From Laetmonice hystrix (taxonomy: Eukaryota): 64,000 nt of DNA. The notes below the pieces were generated by a model, which made no database searches, had not been told where the DNA came from, and saw nothing but the letters and a program-made list of their open reading frames with translations. Positions 62,901 through 64,000 of the stretch are shown here, in pieces (the stretch's first letter is position 1; each line of letters starts with the position of its first letter). A program made the translations under genes and the position numbers. The stretch is from contig OZ249436.1 in the NCBI GenBank assembly GCA_965235115.1, positions 49,292,001 to 49,356,000 on the forward strand. Reading direction: 5' to 3'.

Positions 62901-64000
62901 TGGGTGTGTGTGTGTGTGTGTAGGGTATTTCTCTTTGTCTGATGTGACAGTCGGATTGATGGACCTTCTTAATGGAAACAGCCTGTACGGTAACTTTTCT
63001 TTTTGACTCACTGTGTTTCAAAATCAGGTGGCCCTGGTGAGTTTCCAACGGCAGAATGCTGAAGGTCGAGGGCAAGGACACAATGTTTATCACTGAAAAC
63101 TCGAACCTTTATATAGATGATGAGGCTACTGTTGGAAACTCATGCTTTAAAAAATGTCAACCTGCCAATATTTCCATGAGGCTCCGTGACATCATTGGCT
63201 CCACACGCAGGATGAAGCAAAATACTGTGATGGCAAATGACCGAATTTCCTAGATTTAAAAGAGAAGGATGTTTTGAAAAATAAATATGACTTTCTTTCC
63301 AATCGAACGTGATAAAACAGGAGCAGGGTTTAACGACTTTTCTTGTGCGTCGTCTGTCAAACAATATTATTGTCCAACTAGTCGTGGCATAATTTTCCGA
63401 TCTCTATAAAATTACTGCATATTCCTTGAAACCCCCATGGGCGGGGAGTTAAAATGTTATACAAGGATGGTCTGTGTAATATGGTGTAGGACACGGAACA
63501 CTCGGAGAGACCGTAATCGGTTGTTATTCAGATCTATAGGAAGCTAATGTTGATAACGTCCTGTGTAGCAGAGCTATCGATGCTCAAACGTACTCAACGA
63601 TGAGAACACTTTCAAGATTTGTATCTGCGTGACCTACAAATGTTCAAAGATGATAACGGAGACACGACACAGCTACAAGAAGCATCCCTGTAAAGGGCCC
63701 AATACTGGGCCTGAGTTTATTCGCCTGTTAGCGGGGGGAAGTCTACTCCGTCAGCACGGCAGGTTTGGTTAGTCGTATGATTTGGCTTGAATTGACGTAT
63801 AGAATGGTTTAAGATATGACAAGTTAAAGAATCAATGGTAATAATGGTCCGGGCTGGCCTTGTCGTCACATGGACTGATCGCATGGGGACCGGAAGGATG
63901 GACAAGATGATTGAAGGAGAGCTGTTACAGCAGTGTTCGTCAGTCATGGACGTTCTCTCGCTTCCCTGAAACTGAGGGAGCCATGACACTACAGTGCCAT

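Overview
Animal (bilaterian invertebrate, probably lophotrochozoan- or deuterostome-like) nuclear DNA. It is gene-poor and rich in tandem repeats and small non-autonomous DNA transposons. Three protein-coding genes are supported, all in one ~10 kb cluster (23.1-32.7 kb). One is a 3-exon group-A bHLH transcription factor on + (23166-23996, 26746-26892, 27676-27927; ~409 aa, family unresolved). Convergent to it on - are two tandem, divergent IL-17-like secreted cystine-knot cytokine genes (main exons 28840-28346 and 31757-31272) that share a phase-0 intron position inside the signal peptide. The bHLH and first IL-17-like stop codons are only 418 bp apart and their poly(A) signals predict overlapping antisense 3' UTRs. 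The rest comprises a 2881-bp macro-tandem repeat (1-6.1 kb), about a dozen mini-/microsatellites (several built from palindromes), a 35-bp satellite with higher-order structure carrying a P-element-like footprint, a TTAA/Kolobok-type MITE, a 10-bp-TSD foldback element and a CAG...CTG MITE group. Most ORFs in the six-frame track are repeat artefacts. Species and gene-family assignments come from recalled motifs, not from database searches.
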